This document shows positions 54,018 to 64,000 of a stretch of DNA of 64,000 nt, in pieces. Position 1 is the first letter of the stretch, and every line of letters begins with the position of its first letter. The translations under genes were made by a program, and so were the position numbers. The notes beneath the pieces are model-generated. The model saw only the letters and a program-made list of their open reading frames with translations, did not search any database and was not told the DNA's origin. The DNA is taken from the NCBI GenBank assembly GCA_963723515.1, contig CAVRQT010000002.1, positions 320,001 through 384,000 on the forward strand, in the 5' to 3' direction. This DNA is from Vulcanimicrobiota bacterium. Lineage in GTDB: Bacteria > Vulcanimicrobiota > Vulcanimicrobiia > Vulcanimicrobiales > Vulcanimicrobiaceae.

Positions 54018-54218
54018 TTAAGGCGCCCTTCCTAAGACGCCGATCGCAGCAAAGAAAGCGAGCACCGCGCCAAACGCGAGCAGCGCCAGCATCCCTTTGA
54101 AGACCTGATTTTCCAGACCCGGCGTTCGCCAGTCGTTCCTCAGCGCCACACTCGCGGTTCCGGCAACCAATATCGCGCCGATCACCGAGGCCACTCTTTC
54201 CAACATCACGACATTCAT
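54018..54218 (-). CDS. Small two-TM protein (66 aa)
   Basis: Two hydrophobic helices; purine-rich GGAAAGAG upstream; lies downstream of coxC. Confidence 0.7.
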   Translation of the reverse strand: MNVVMLERVASVIGAILVAGTASVALRNDWRTPGLENQVFKGMLALLAFGAVLAFFAAIGVLGRAP

Positions 54219-54361
54219 TTGCGGCGTCTCTTTCCGTGCATCGACTCAAGTCGTAGAGATTTGCACAAAATGTCGTCGATTCTTCGTCGCTGCTAAGTCG
54301 CTGCGTCGCGGAATGCGCTAGGAGAGCATGGCTGTAAAGCTATGACTGAGGCGATGCACTA

Positions 54362-54958
54362 TCACAGCAAGTAGAAGATCGAGAACAGCACGACCCAGAT
54401 CACGTCGACGAAGTGCCAGTAAATCGTGCCTGCCGTCAAGCCGAAGAACTTCTGCTGCGTGTATTTCCCCTGCACCGATTGAAGCAGCAGAATCGTCAAG
54501 AAAATGACGCCGCAGAAAACGTGGAAGCCGTGCATGCCGGTTAGCGTGAAGAACGACGCACCGAAAATGCCACTGTTCGCCCAGCCGGCATGGATATGCG
54601 CGTACTCGTAGCCTTGGCCGCACAAGAAACCAGATCCCGAGCACGATCGTTGCAATCAGCCAGCCCGTGTACTTCATGAACTTGCCGTGCTTCCAATTCT
54701 CGAGCGCAAAATGCATCGTTGCGCCGGATCCGAAGAGCACGACGGAATTCAGCGCGGCAAATGTCGTATCGAGCCGAGAGACTCCCGGCGGCGGCCAACC
54801 TTGTCCCGAACTGCGCAAATAGAGATAGGCGAAGATAAACGAGCTGAACAGCACGAGGTCGCTGACCATGAACAGCAGGAAGCCGCTGAGCCGTAGATCG
54901 CGCGTTTCAGCATACAGTTGATCCACGGGCTCAGCGTGCGTGCGCTGGCAAGAGCCAT
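54362..54958 (-). CDS. ctaE: Cytochrome c oxidase subunit III (frameshifted)
   Basis: GFLLFMVSD, NSVVLFGSG, FF.LTGMHG.HV, YWHFVDVIW; TAATG overlap with the subunit I stop. Confidence 0.92.
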
Positions 54959-56645
54959 TAATGTGCTCCCGCCGGCACCGGCGCGGGAACGTTCGGATCG
55001 AGCTCGCCTTCTAACCCGCTATACGGAAGCGGTTCGGCGAAGTCGTACGGTCCGCTAAATACCGCCGGAATCTGCTTGAAGTTGTAATACGGCGGCGGCG
55101 ACGGCAATTTGCCATTCGAGCGTGCGCGCTCCCCACGGATTGTGGCCGGCGCGTTTGCCGTTCTTGATGCTCCACAGCGCGTTGATGAAGAAGATTAGGA
55201 TGCCGGCGGTCATCAAGAACGACGCGATAGACGCGAAGTAGTTCCAAAACAGGAACTGTGGATCGTACGTCGCGACGCGCCGCGGCATGCCGAGCAACCC
55301 CAGCCAATGCATCGGTAAAAACGTTGCGTTGAAACCGATGAAAAACAGCCAGAAGTGCACCTTCCCCCAGACCTCGTTCATCAGTCGCCCCGTCATCTTC
55401 GGGAACCAGAAGTACACGCCCGCGAAGATGCCCATCAAACTTCCGCCGACAAGCACGTAATGCAGATGCGCAACGATGAAGTACGTTCCGTGCGCGTGGA
55501 GATCGAACGGCACGGCCGCAAGGTAGACGCCGGTGAGCCCACCGATCGTGAACGTTGCGATGAAACCGATCGCGAACATCATCGATGTCGTGAAATGAAT
55601 CTTCCCGCCCCAGAGCGTCGCGACCCACGAGAAGATCTTGATGCCGGTCGGAATCGCAATGAAGAAGGTTAAAATCATGAACGGCAGCTGCAGCCACGGC
55701 GCTAATCCCGAGGTGAACATATGGTGCGCCCACACCATGAAGCTCAGCAGCGAGATCGCAACCGAGCTGAACGCAATCATCTTGTAACCGAAGATCGGCT
55801 TGCGCGCGAACGTCGGGAAGATCTCGGAGATCATGCCGAAGGCCGGTATGATCATGATGTACACCGCCGGGTGCGAGTAGAACCAGAACATGTGCTGCCA
55901 AAGCACGGGGCTGCCGCCCTTTGTCGGGTCGAAAAACGGAACGCCGAACTGCCGCTCGATGAAGAGTGCGGCGAGCGCTGCACCGAGCGCCGTCGTCGCG
56001 ATCATCAAGCAGCGGCGCCGTCGCGAGCTGGGCCCAAACAAACAGCGGCATGCGCGTGTAGGTCATGCCAGGCGCGCGCATCTTCAAAATCGTGACGAGG
56101 AAGTTCATGCCGGTCAGCGTCGAGCTGACGCCGACTAAGAAGATCGCCGCGCACCACATCGACGTTCCGGCGGCGCCTTGCAGCGACATCGGCGGATATT
56201 CGACCCATCCGGCCACGGGCGCGCCCATCAAAAACGATGCGTAGAGCAGCAAGCCGGCAGGCGGAAACATCCAGAAGGTCAGCATGTTGATCCAGGGAAA
56301 CGCGACGTCGCGTGCGCCGATCTGCAGCGGGAAAACGAAGTTTCCAAAGCCGCCCGTCAGCATCGGAATGATCACGAGCCACACCATCGTTGAACCGTGC
56401 ACGGAGTAGAGCTCATTGAACGTATCCGGTTTGACGATCGCGCCGGTCGGGCTCATCAATTGGACGCGGATCAGTTCCGCAAGCAGCCCACCCAGCACCA
56501 TGAACAAGAAGGCCGTGATGATGTACTGTATTCCGATGATCTTATGATCGATCGAGAAGATGTACTTGCGTATGAAGCCCTGCGGCTCGGGATGGACGTG
56601 CTCTGCGATTCCGCCCGCATGGACTGCTGCTGTAGCGACTGCCAT
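54958..56645 (-). CDS. ctaD: Cytochrome c oxidase subunit I (frameshifted)
   Basis: DHKIIG, HGS.M, WFYSHPAVY, VWAHHMF, AHLHY, GMPRR. Confidence 0.95.
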
Positions 56646-56678
56646 TCTAGTTCTCCGTTTGCTCCTCGTTTATTCCCG

Positions 56679-57789
56679 TTATTTTAAACTATTCAAATAG
56701 GCGACCAAATTCGCGATGTCCTTATCGCTGAGCGCATTTTGCATCGAGTTGGGCATATGGCCCATATCGCCGTCGAAACCGTTTTTGATGATCTTGGCAA
56801 CATTGTCCGCCGTCGCCTGCATCGCCGTCAACGAGTTTGGGATGCGCCGGATCGTGTAAGACTCCGCGCAATCCCGGACCGACCACACGCTGCGAGAACG
56901 GCCCGAGCGCATGACAGGCGGTGCACTTCTGTGAGAAGAGTTGCTGTCCGGCCGAAGCGACGCCGCCGCTCAAGTTGACCGGCGTCGTGGCGGCGGAAGC
57001 TGAGGGAATCGCATCGCTCGCGTGCGCGTTCTTCTTCTTCCAGCCGCCCAGCCAGGTGTTGAATTTGTCTTGCGGCTCGATGACGATCACTTGTTTCTGC
57101 ATCTCGCTGTGCAACGTTCCGCAGAATTCCGTGCAGATGATCTTGTAGCGGCCGGCGCGCGTCGGCGTGAAACGCAGCGTATTGATCAGGCCCGGCACCA
57201 TGTCTGCTTTGAGGCGCATTGCCGGCATCCAAAATGAGTGAATGACGTCTTGCGAGGTCGTATGCAGCGTTACCGGAACGCCGAGCGGCAGGTGCATCTC
57301 GTCCGTGACTACACCGTGGACGCCTGGATAACGAAAATCGTAGTACCACTGATGGCCGATCGCTTCGAGCACAAGGCCGCTGTTCGGCTGAATCTGCACT
57401 TCATACCAAATCCGGATGCTGAAGATCCCTAAGATGACGATGAAGATTGACGGGATAACGGTCCACCAGAATTCGAGTGGCCGATTGTCGTGGATCTGGA
57501 TGCCGACGGCATCGGGCGCATCGGTGGCGCGGTGACGAAACTTGATCGCGAAGTACAGCAGGTAGCCGACCACGATGATGAAGATCGCGGCAGCCGACGC
57601 GGTCAAGAATTTGAACAGCGCATCGATCTGATTTGCCGGAATAACGGCTTCGGGTAATTGCGGAATGTCTTGCACGCGCCAGAGAATCACGCCGACGACC
57701 GCGAGCGCGCTCAAGAGCACCAGAATCGCCGTGACGACCCAGAAACCCCGATCTAGGTGAACGACGGGATCTTTGTTCTCGACTGCCAA
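56679..57789 (-). CDS. ctaC: Cytochrome c oxidase subunit II with fused C-terminal cytochrome c, caa3 type (frameshift near 56815)
   Basis: GHQWYY, DVIHSFW, CuA motif CTEFCGTLHSEM, heme motif CTACH, distal HMP..LSDKDIANLVAYL. Confidence 0.93.
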
Positions 57790-57843
57790 GCGTTCTCTCC
57801 GTACCCCAAAAGGCGTTTGCCGCCACGAGCAGCTGCCTCGACG

Positions 57844-58542
57844 TTATTTGACCGCAGTACCATCCGTCCTGGTGCGCGTCTGCAACGCTGCGGCGAAGCG
57901 CGCCGTCACCCATGCGATGTTCGTAATTGCGGTTCCGACAACGATCGCATCGGCGCCGGCATGAGCGGCCGCAAGCGTCTCGGCCGCATCGTGCACGCCG
58001 CCTTCACACGTCACAAATTGCGCGAATTCCCGAAGCGCGCGGACAAGGCCAAGCGCCGGCAAAGCCGTGTCTGCTGTTTCGTTTGTATAGCCGCACAGCG
58101 TCGTGGCAATCACCGGAACGCCGAGCCGATGCGCCGCGAGCGCATCTTCTTGCGTCGAACAATCCGCCATCGGAATTGCATCGGAAGCATTGATGCGGTC
58201 GACGAGTTGCGCCGTTGTCGTCGCGTTCGGGCGCGCGCGCAACGTCGCATCGAACGCCACGACATCGGCTCCTGCGCCGAGCAGCTCATCAACCTCCGAG
58301 AGCGTCGGCGTAATGTACGGCTCGAAGCCGGCGTAGGATTTCTTGACCAAGCCGATCACCGGAAGCGCAACGCTCGCTTTCACGGCTTGCACGTTGCGCG
58401 CGCCCTCGATTCGCACGGCGACCGCACCGCCTTTTTCGGCCTCGCGCGCGAGTGCGGTGATCATCTCAGGCGGCGCGAGCGCGGAATCAGCCGACGCCTG
58501 CACCGAGACGATGAGGCCGCGCAGCGCTTCGAGTTTTCTCAC
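57844..58542 (-). CDS. nanE: N-acetylmannosamine-6-phosphate 2-epimerase
   Basis: GLIVSVQA, PVIGLVK, YITPT, ATTLCGYT, EGG, VVGTAIT. Confidence 0.9.
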   Translation of the reverse strand: MRKLEALRGLIVSVQASADSALAPPEMITALAREAEKGGAVAVRIEGARNVQAVKASVALPVIGLVKKSYAGFEPYITPTLSEVDELLGAGADVVAFDATLRARPNATTTAQLVDRINASDAIPMADCSTQEDALAAHRLGVPVIATTLCGYTNETADTALPALGLVRALREFAQFVTCEGGVHDAAETLAAAHAGADAIVVGTAITNIAWVTARFAAALQTRTRTDGTAVK

Positions 58543-59480
58543 TCGTGAACGCGCTGGACTCTCACCTTCGCGCGCCGATAGGCGAGCAGCAGCGCGCCAA
58601 CGGCGTTGTCGTAGCGCGGCGCGACAACCACCGCCTCCGGCAGCCGATCCTTTAACCGCGCGAAGACCGCGTCTTGAAAGAGTCGATCTTTGGTGAGCCC
58701 GCCCGTAAACGCAATCTGCACCGGGACTGGAAGCACGCGTTTGTTACCGTAGAGCCGTCGTGCGGTGAGGGCTGCAAGCGACGCGAGCGCGTCGGCCGCT
58801 TGATCGACGATGATGCGCGCATCCGCCACGCCGTCATGCGCCAATTGCATCGTTTTCGGGGCAAAGGATGCCACGGCGCTGCGCTGGATCTCGCCTGCAT
58901 AAACGGCTCGCGCGATCTCTCGTGCAGACTTCTTACCGAAGTGTTCGAGCAGCGGCTCGCGCAGCTGGCTTCGCAGTGCGGCGTCGGCATCGTGCATCAC
59001 CCGTTCTAAAGCGCGTCGTCCAATCCAGAAGCCGCTTCCCTGATCGCCGAAGAGATAACCCCAACCGCCGACCGTAACGGTCTCGCCTTCTTCGTTATCG
59101 CCGTAGGCTGACGTGCCGGTGCCGCACACGACGGTGACGCCATGTTTTCCGCCCAAGGCCCCGGCGTGCGCGATCGATGCGTCGTGGACAAGCGCGAAGT
59201 CGTCGGCTTTCAGCGAAGGCGTCTTGCCGTAGACGCGCCCTTCGTAACCGCTGATGCCGGCGACGACGCAGGCGAAATTCGCATTGGCATCGATGCGGCA
59301 ATCCTGCAATGCAGCGCTTAGCGCAGCGTGAATTGCATCGTGCAAGCGGTGTGACTGCGTACCTTGGCCGATTTCATCCGCGGGGCCGGCTTGACCGCGT
59401 CCTAAGATACGGCCGCGATCGTCGGCAACGACCGCTTGCGTTGCGCTTTGACCGCCGTCTAAGCCCGCGAACAGCTTCAT
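58539..59480 (-). CDS. BadF/BadG/BcrA/BcrD-type N-acetylhexosamine kinase
   Basis: GLDGGQSAT, GTGTSAYG, GGWGYLFGDQGSGFWIG. Confidence 0.88.
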   Translation of the reverse strand: MKLFAGLDGGQSATQAVVADDRGRILGRGQAGPADEIGQGTQSHRLHDAIHAALSAALQDCRIDANANFACVVAGISGYEGRVYGKTPSLKADDFALVHDASIAHAGALGGKHGVTVVCGTGTSAYGDNEEGETVTVGGWGYLFGDQGSGFWIGRRALERVMHDADAALRSQLREPLLEHFGKKSAREIARAVYAGEIQRSAVASFAPKTMQLAHDGVADARIIVDQAADALASLAALTARRLYGNKRVLPVPVQIAFTGGLTKDRLFQDAVFARLKDRLPEAVVVAPRYDNAVGALLLAYRRAKVRVQRVHE

Positions 59481-59785
59481 GCGAGCGATGCGATCAACGT
59501 CTGCGCGAATCGCTCGGCGCGCTGCTCGCGGGTACTTCGCGGTGAGCGATCGACGGTTGCGCGGTGTTCCAGATAATGGTAGAACTCGTGCGCGATAGCC
59601 CGTGCAACAAAAAGATCCGCTTCATCGGCGTGCATTGCGCGGATCAGGCTCGAATTGACGCGGATCGCCGGACCGGATGGATCGAACTCGGAGCGTAGTT
59701 CAAACCCGGAATACATTCCGAGATTCGTGAGAACGACGTTGACGCCGTGCGCTCGTGCAAGCGCGAAGAGCCGAGAAGCAATCAT
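59477..59785 (-). CDS. Small HExxH zincin-like protein (ImmA/IrrE-like motif)
   Basis: AIAHEFYHYLE..EQRAERFA; 4-nt overlaps with both neighbours. Confidence 0.7.
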   Translation of the reverse strand: MIASRLFALARAHGVNVVLTNLGMYSGFELRSEFDPSGPAIRVNSSLIRAMHADEADLFVARAIAHEFYHYLEHRATVDRSPRSTREQRAERFAQTLIASLA

Positions 59786-61125
59786 CGTCGCAGATCAACG
59801 CCGTCGGCAATCAGCGTTTCACGCAACAGCCGCGGATCGACGTCGCGCACCTTCACTCCGCGTTCGTTCGCGAGCGCGGCCGCCGTTCCGGCCGCTTGCC
59901 CGAGCGTCATGACGGTCGGCGTCAATCGCGTTGAGGCAAGCGCTTCGTGCGTCGTCGAGATGCAACGCCCCGCGACGAGCAATCGATCGATTTCTTTGGG
60001 CACAAGACAGCGAAACGGAATCTCGTAACTCTTGCCTTCGGGCAGGCGTTGTGTCGTCGTGCCGCTCCCAGACGGATTGTGCACGTCGATCGGGTAGGCG
60101 CTGCGCGCTACGGCGTCTTCAAAATGACGTGCCTGCAAAACGTCGTCTCGCGTTAAGGTGTATTCTCCGACGATCCGGCGCGATTCACGAATCCCTATTT
60201 GCGTTGCGGTCGCCGAGATTCGCGCGTTTGCAAAGCCGGGCACACGCTTACGGAAGAAGTCCATCAACTGCATGGCCTGCATGCGGGCTTCAACTTCCGC
60301 GCGCGTCAGGTCGTTTGGATCGAGCGGATCGATGTTCGTGACGCGCGTCATGTTGACGGTCACTTCATCGTGATACGGAGTGGCGAAGAATGATACGAGC
60401 TCGCGCGGTATCGTGACCTCCCCTCTTTCGCGCGCCTCATTCCAGAGATCGTACAGTCCCGCGACGGCGGTCAACGCTTCCGGTGTCCGCTCTGCTATCG
60501 GCAGACTGGTGCGCACTTGATCGGAATGTGACCGAAGATATGCCGCCGTTCCGGCGAGGTCAACGTGACTAATTCGGAAGATCAGCGTCGCAGGCTGGAC
60601 GCGTCCGCGTGCGTCGCCTTGCTGGGTGGGCACGCCGGCGGACGCCGCGACATATGCGTCGGCGGTTGCATCGATCGTAACGCGCCCTTTGTACGTTTGC
60701 GCGCCGGCAACGGTCGCAAAAGTTGCGCCTTTGACCGCGTTATTCTGAACTTGTGCATCCAGAAAGTAGGCATGCAAGAGAAGACTGACGCCGGCTTCGC
60801 TCATCATTTCAAAGAGGAGCGCTTTATGGACTTCAGGATCGAAGGGCGTAATCGTTGCGACGTAGTCGGATGCGTCGTGAAGGTGTCCCGGTGAAGCGCC
60901 TTTCGCAACGAGCCGGTCGACGATCTCTTGTGCGATGCCACCCACGATGCGGCCGGTCGAAGAATGAAACGTCATCCAAGGGCCAACCATCGACGCGGTC
61001 GCCGTGCCGCCGAGAAACCCGTACCGCTCGACGAGCAACGTGCGCGCTCCATGTCGCGCCGCCGCAAGCGCCGCCGCGCAGCCGGCGTTTCCGCCGCCAA
61101 TGACGAGCGCGTCATACTGCATCAC
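59782..61125 (-). CDS. FAD-dependent oxidoreductase (FAD_oxidored family)
   Basis: GGGNAG, LGGTAT, IDATAD, GIRESRRIVG, YEIPFRCL, AGRCIS, GQAAG. Confidence 0.9.
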   Translation of the reverse strand: MMQYDALVIGGGNAGCAAALAAARHGARTLLVERYGFLGGTATASMVGPWMTFHSSTGRIVGGIAQEIVDRLVAKGASPGHLHDASDYVATITPFDPEVHKALLFEMMSEAGVSLLLHAYFLDAQVQNNAVKGATFATVAGAQTYKGRVTIDATADAYVAASAGVPTQQGDARGRVQPATLIFRISHVDLAGTAAYLRSHSDQVRTSLPIAERTPEALTAVAGLYDLWNEARERGEVTIPRELVSFFATPYHDEVTVNMTRVTNIDPLDPNDLTRAEVEARMQAMQLMDFFRKRVPGFANARISATATQIGIRESRRIVGEYTLTRDDVLQARHFEDAVARSAYPIDVHNPSGSGTTTQRLPEGKSYEIPFRCLVPKEIDRLLVAGRCISTTHEALASTRLTPTVMTLGQAAGTAAALANERGVKVRDVDPRLLRETLIADGVDLRR

Positions 61126-61184
61126 CTAAGGCATCTTCTTGTTATCGCGAGGACTCTCCGGCGGCACACGCGCACGCTACACGC

Positions 61185-61373
61185 ATGAAACTGTTCTTCG
61201 AGGTCGTCATCGCAATTGTTCTGCACCCGGTTGCGATGATCTTGATGTGGATCAACTTGCTTTCGCGCAACGATCTGGATCCAACACGCAAAGTAATCTG
61301 GTTCATCGTCAGCATCATTTGGGGACTCGGACCGATCTTGTATCTCTTGGTCGAAGACGGCAACCTCTGGTAA
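61185..61373 (+). CDS. Small membrane protein, PLDc N-terminal domain-like
   Basis: Two TM segments, KVIWFIV..GLGPILYLL pattern. Confidence 0.75.
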   Translation: MKLFFEVVIAIVLHPVAMILMWINLLSRNDLDPTRKVIWFIVSIIWGLGPILYLLVEDGNLW

Positions 61374-61375
61374 CT

Positions 61376-63508
61376 TTAGGCGCGGTTTTTGGAGGTCAGA
61401 AAACAAACCGGAGCGTCCGCCGGCAGGCCGCTGAGCTCTTCCGCCGCGAGCGCGACAACTTGCGCACCGGATGAGAGGCCCGAAAGATCCGTCACCTTTG
61501 CACCGTGCAAGACATAGAGCTGCGGCAAGGCGCGGCCGACGTCGCCGAACGCGGTCTGCTCCTCGATGATGCGCGACAGCTCGCTCGCAACTCGACCGGC
61601 GCTTGTCGGCGTGATTGTAGCATCGCTCATCGAGGCGCGCGCGACGCCCATGCGATCGACAACTCGCAGGTCGAGGATCGTGCGCCTTCCTAGACGGCGA
61701 ACGCGCGTGAAGACGGTGAGTTGCGGCGTCGCTTGAATCGCTTGCAGCTCCGCCTCACTGCAACGCATGACGCGCGCCGCGGCAGCACGCAACTCATCGG
61801 TGGACAAGGCACGTCGCTCGCCATGTTCGCTCAACTCGCTCGCGCCCGACGCGATCGCCCGAACGAGATTGCGCTGCGAGTCAATTTCGATCGCTACGTC
61901 AACCGTTTCGAGTGCTGCCCCGGACGCGATTGCGGCATCCTCCGCTTCGCGTCTCACCGACATGATCTCCGCCGGCGAAGGATCGACGATCGTTCGCTCG
62001 ACAACGTCTCGCACGAGCGCTAACGCAACGCCGATGGGCGAAATGACCTCTGCGTCGCGAGCCAAGCGGAAGTCGGCGCCGAAACGCTGCGCGGCGTAGG
62101 GAACGAGGGCTCCCGAGCCGCCGCCGCCGCCCACGATCACAACATTCGCCGGATCGAGCCCATAGTCGATCGTCAACTCTTTGATCGCGGCGAGCAGCTT
62201 GTTTGTTGCGATGTCGAGCACACTGCGCGCTAACAGGTCCGCATCCAATTTGAAATAGGCGGCCGCAATTGCAAAAGCGCGCCTTGCGGCTTGAGCATTT
62301 CCTTGCGCGAAGGCGTCGTCCGGAACGAGACCGAGCGCATTCGCGGCGCATGTCGGCGTTAAGGCAATGCGCGATCCGCTGGCGGTTTCAAGACAGAAGT
62401 AATCGTTCGGATCGCGTGGCGCCGGTGCGATTTGCGTTGGACGGGCATCCTCGATTTCGTCGACGTCGCTGAACGATGCGTAGCCCAATCCGGCGATGTG
62501 CGCCGAACGTGGTCCAACGTCGATGACGCCGCGTTGCGTAGCGCGCAGCATCGAACCGCCGGCGATCGCAAGCGTGCGAACGTCGAGCGTTCGCAGCATC
62601 GTACGATGCCCCCCCACTCGTGCCGGACGCATCTGCGGCATGCCGTTTCGAATGGCGCTGCAATCGGAGCTCGTCCCGCCAACCTCGATGAAGATTCCGT
62701 CGGTGATGTTTTCATGCAGCAATGCGCCTGCCACACCGGCAGCCGGGCCCGAGAGCAGCGTCATGATCGGGCGCCGCTGCACCTCCTGCAAATTCATGAC
62801 GCCGCCGTCGCTACGCATGATCATCAGCGGCGCTATAATCGACGCCTGCTGAACCGCATCGTTTGTCATTTGCGCCGTCTGCATCATCTTGGGCAGGATC
62901 GCGGCGTTGAGCGCCGCGGTCCGCGTTCGCGCGCGCAGCCCATACATCGAAGAAACTTCGTGACCGCCCGTTGCGGCGATGCCGCGTGAACGGGCGTAAC
63001 GAATTGCATCTTGCTCGCGCGCCGGCCGATCGACGCTAAACGGTTCGCTGACGGCAATCGCTTCGACGCCGGAACCGGAGGCTTCATCAACTGCGCGTTG
63101 CGCGCCCGTATCGTCACGCACAAAAAGCGTCAGCGGCGAGAATCGCGCGCCGGGGGCGAGATCGAACGGACGAACCGTAATCTGCGAACGCGCTAGGAAG
63201 CCAAAGTTATCGAGCAGGCCGATCACCGCGACTTTTGCAACGTCGCCTTCGAGCAGCGAATTCGTCGCTTGCGTTGTCGAATGCGCGATAAAAGAGACGC
63301 TGCTCGGATCGATATGCCCCTCGCCGACGAGCCGCCCGATGGCGGCAACAATGCCGGCCGCAACACCTTCGCGCGCGCCGTGCGTCGTTGGAACCTTAAA
63401 TCGGGCCAGAACAGCGTGGGACTGCGCGTCGAGGGCGACGACGTCGGTAAACGTTCCGCCGACGTCCACGCCCACGCGCACCCGCGCCGGATCGGCCGCT
63501 GCGTTCAA
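61376..63508 (-). CDS. Hydantoinase/oxoprolinase A family ATP-dependent enzyme
   Basis: GVDVGGTFTD, HSTTQATN, MRSDGG, LSGPAAG, EVGGTSSD, GGGGG. Confidence 0.9.
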   Translation of the reverse strand: MNAAADPARVRVGVDVGGTFTDVVALDAQSHAVLARFKVPTTHGAREGVAAGIVAAIGRLVGEGHIDPSSVSFIAHSTTQATNSLLEGDVAKVAVIGLLDNFGFLARSQITVRPFDLAPGARFSPLTLFVRDDTGAQRAVDEASGSGVEAIAVSEPFSVDRPAREQDAIRYARSRGIAATGGHEVSSMYGLRARTRTAALNAAILPKMMQTAQMTNDAVQQASIIAPLMIMRSDGGVMNLQEVQRRPIMTLLSGPAAGVAGALLHENITDGIFIEVGGTSSDCSAIRNGMPQMRPARVGGHRTMLRTLDVRTLAIAGGSMLRATQRGVIDVGPRSAHIAGLGYASFSDVDEIEDARPTQIAPAPRDPNDYFCLETASGSRIALTPTCAANALGLVPDDAFAQGNAQAARRAFAIAAAYFKLDADLLARSVLDIATNKLLAAIKELTIDYGLDPANVVIVGGGGGSGALVPYAAQRFGADFRLARDAEVISPIGVALALVRDVVERTIVDPSPAEIMSVRREAEDAAIASGAALETVDVAIEIDSQRNLVRAIASGASELSEHGERRALSTDELRAAAARVMRCSEAELQAIQATPQLTVFTRVRRLGRRTILDLRVVDRMGVARASMSDATITPTSAGRVASELSRIIEEQTAFGDVGRALPQLYVLHGAKVTDLSGLSSGAQVVALAAEELSGLPADAPVCFLTSKNRA

Positions 63509-63522
63509 CTCAGCGCGCTAAC

Positions 63523-64000
63523 TTACTCAAACGGCCGGCCTAGTTGCACGTGGTACGGCTCTCCATCGCGGGTGATATCGAATGCATGCGGCTTGCCGTC
63601 GTAAGCGCGCAGCTGCGTTTGATAGGTGCCGTACTCCCACCAATAGCGTCCGTCCAGCCGATCGACGATATCGCCCGAACGCATTCCCGCTGCATACGCC
63701 GGACCGCCCGGGCGCACGTACGCGCGCATGTAACCGTCAACGGTCTTATATAAGGAATAGAAGTACGTCGGCTGCGGATGAGCCGGATCGTAGGCAACGC
63801 CCTTGGCCAGGAGGTTCTGAGCGAGGGTCGGATGAGTGACAATCCAGGTGCGCAGACGCGTTGCAACCGCGGCGCCAAGCTGCGCCAACTGGAGGTCGTT
63901 CAACGGCTGTGCGCTCGCTTTATGCTCGTGCCACTCGTCGACGATCCAGCCTGCGCAGTCGGAGAGTTCGAGCCCGATATCGATATCGGTTCCGCCCCGC
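63523..64000 (-). CDS. PDZ-domain-containing protein, C-terminal part (runs off the window edge)
   Basis: VRPGGPAYAAGMRSGDIVDRLDG; the reading frame stays open to position 64000. Confidence 0.75.
   Translation of the reverse strand, partial: RGGTDIDIGLELSDCAGWIVDEWHEHKASAQPLNDLQLAQLGAAVATRLRTWIVTHPTLAQNLLAKGVAYDPAHPQPTYFYSLYKTVDGYMRAYVRPGGPAYAAGMRSGDIVDRLDGRYWWEYGTYQTQLRAYDGKPHAFDITRDGEPYHVQLGRPFE

Noticed and set aside
61122..61406. 94-aa minus-strand ORF bridging the hydantoinase and FAD genes
   Set aside because: The Asp/Gln/His-rich composition is typical of the antisense shadow of the hydrophobic plus-strand gene.

Overview
GC-rich, gene-dense bacterial chromosomal window with about 65 genes, mostly housekeeping or metabolic. 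I found no rRNA, tRNA, CRISPR array, integrase or transposase. A TonB-dependent receptor indicates a diderm cell. The many Pro-rich secreted hypothetical proteins and the gene content suggest Eremiobacterota (WPS-2/Vulcanimicrobiota), but this is an unverified inference. Recognisable loci: HiPIP with rhodanese, a BNR/VPS10 beta-propeller protein, TPP riboswitch-thiC, aceE-aceF, a dedA-rnd-acnA-TMEM175 run, a NUDIX-MBL pair, bolA-grxD, EVE, ppk1, an osmoprotectant-type ABC transporter converging on egtD, a desaturase-like plus MGDG-synthase-like pair, ctaA-ctaB-MFS facing a caa3-type cox operon with SCO, and a hydantoinase-like/FAD-oxidoreductase/HExxH/sugar kinase/nanE cluster. About 17 genes, including essential ones, carry frameshifts that are best explained as long-read consensus indels. 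Best novelty candidates: (1) a roughly 85-nt two-hairpin intergenic element in two copies with compensatory base changes; (2) the hydantoinase-to-nanE cluster as a possible unknown amino-sugar or lactam catabolic pathway; (3) unannotated small membrane ORFs, two of them downstream of the cox operon; (4) the desaturase/glycosyltransferase glycolipid module; (5) orphan egtD beside a quaternary-amine ABC importer.
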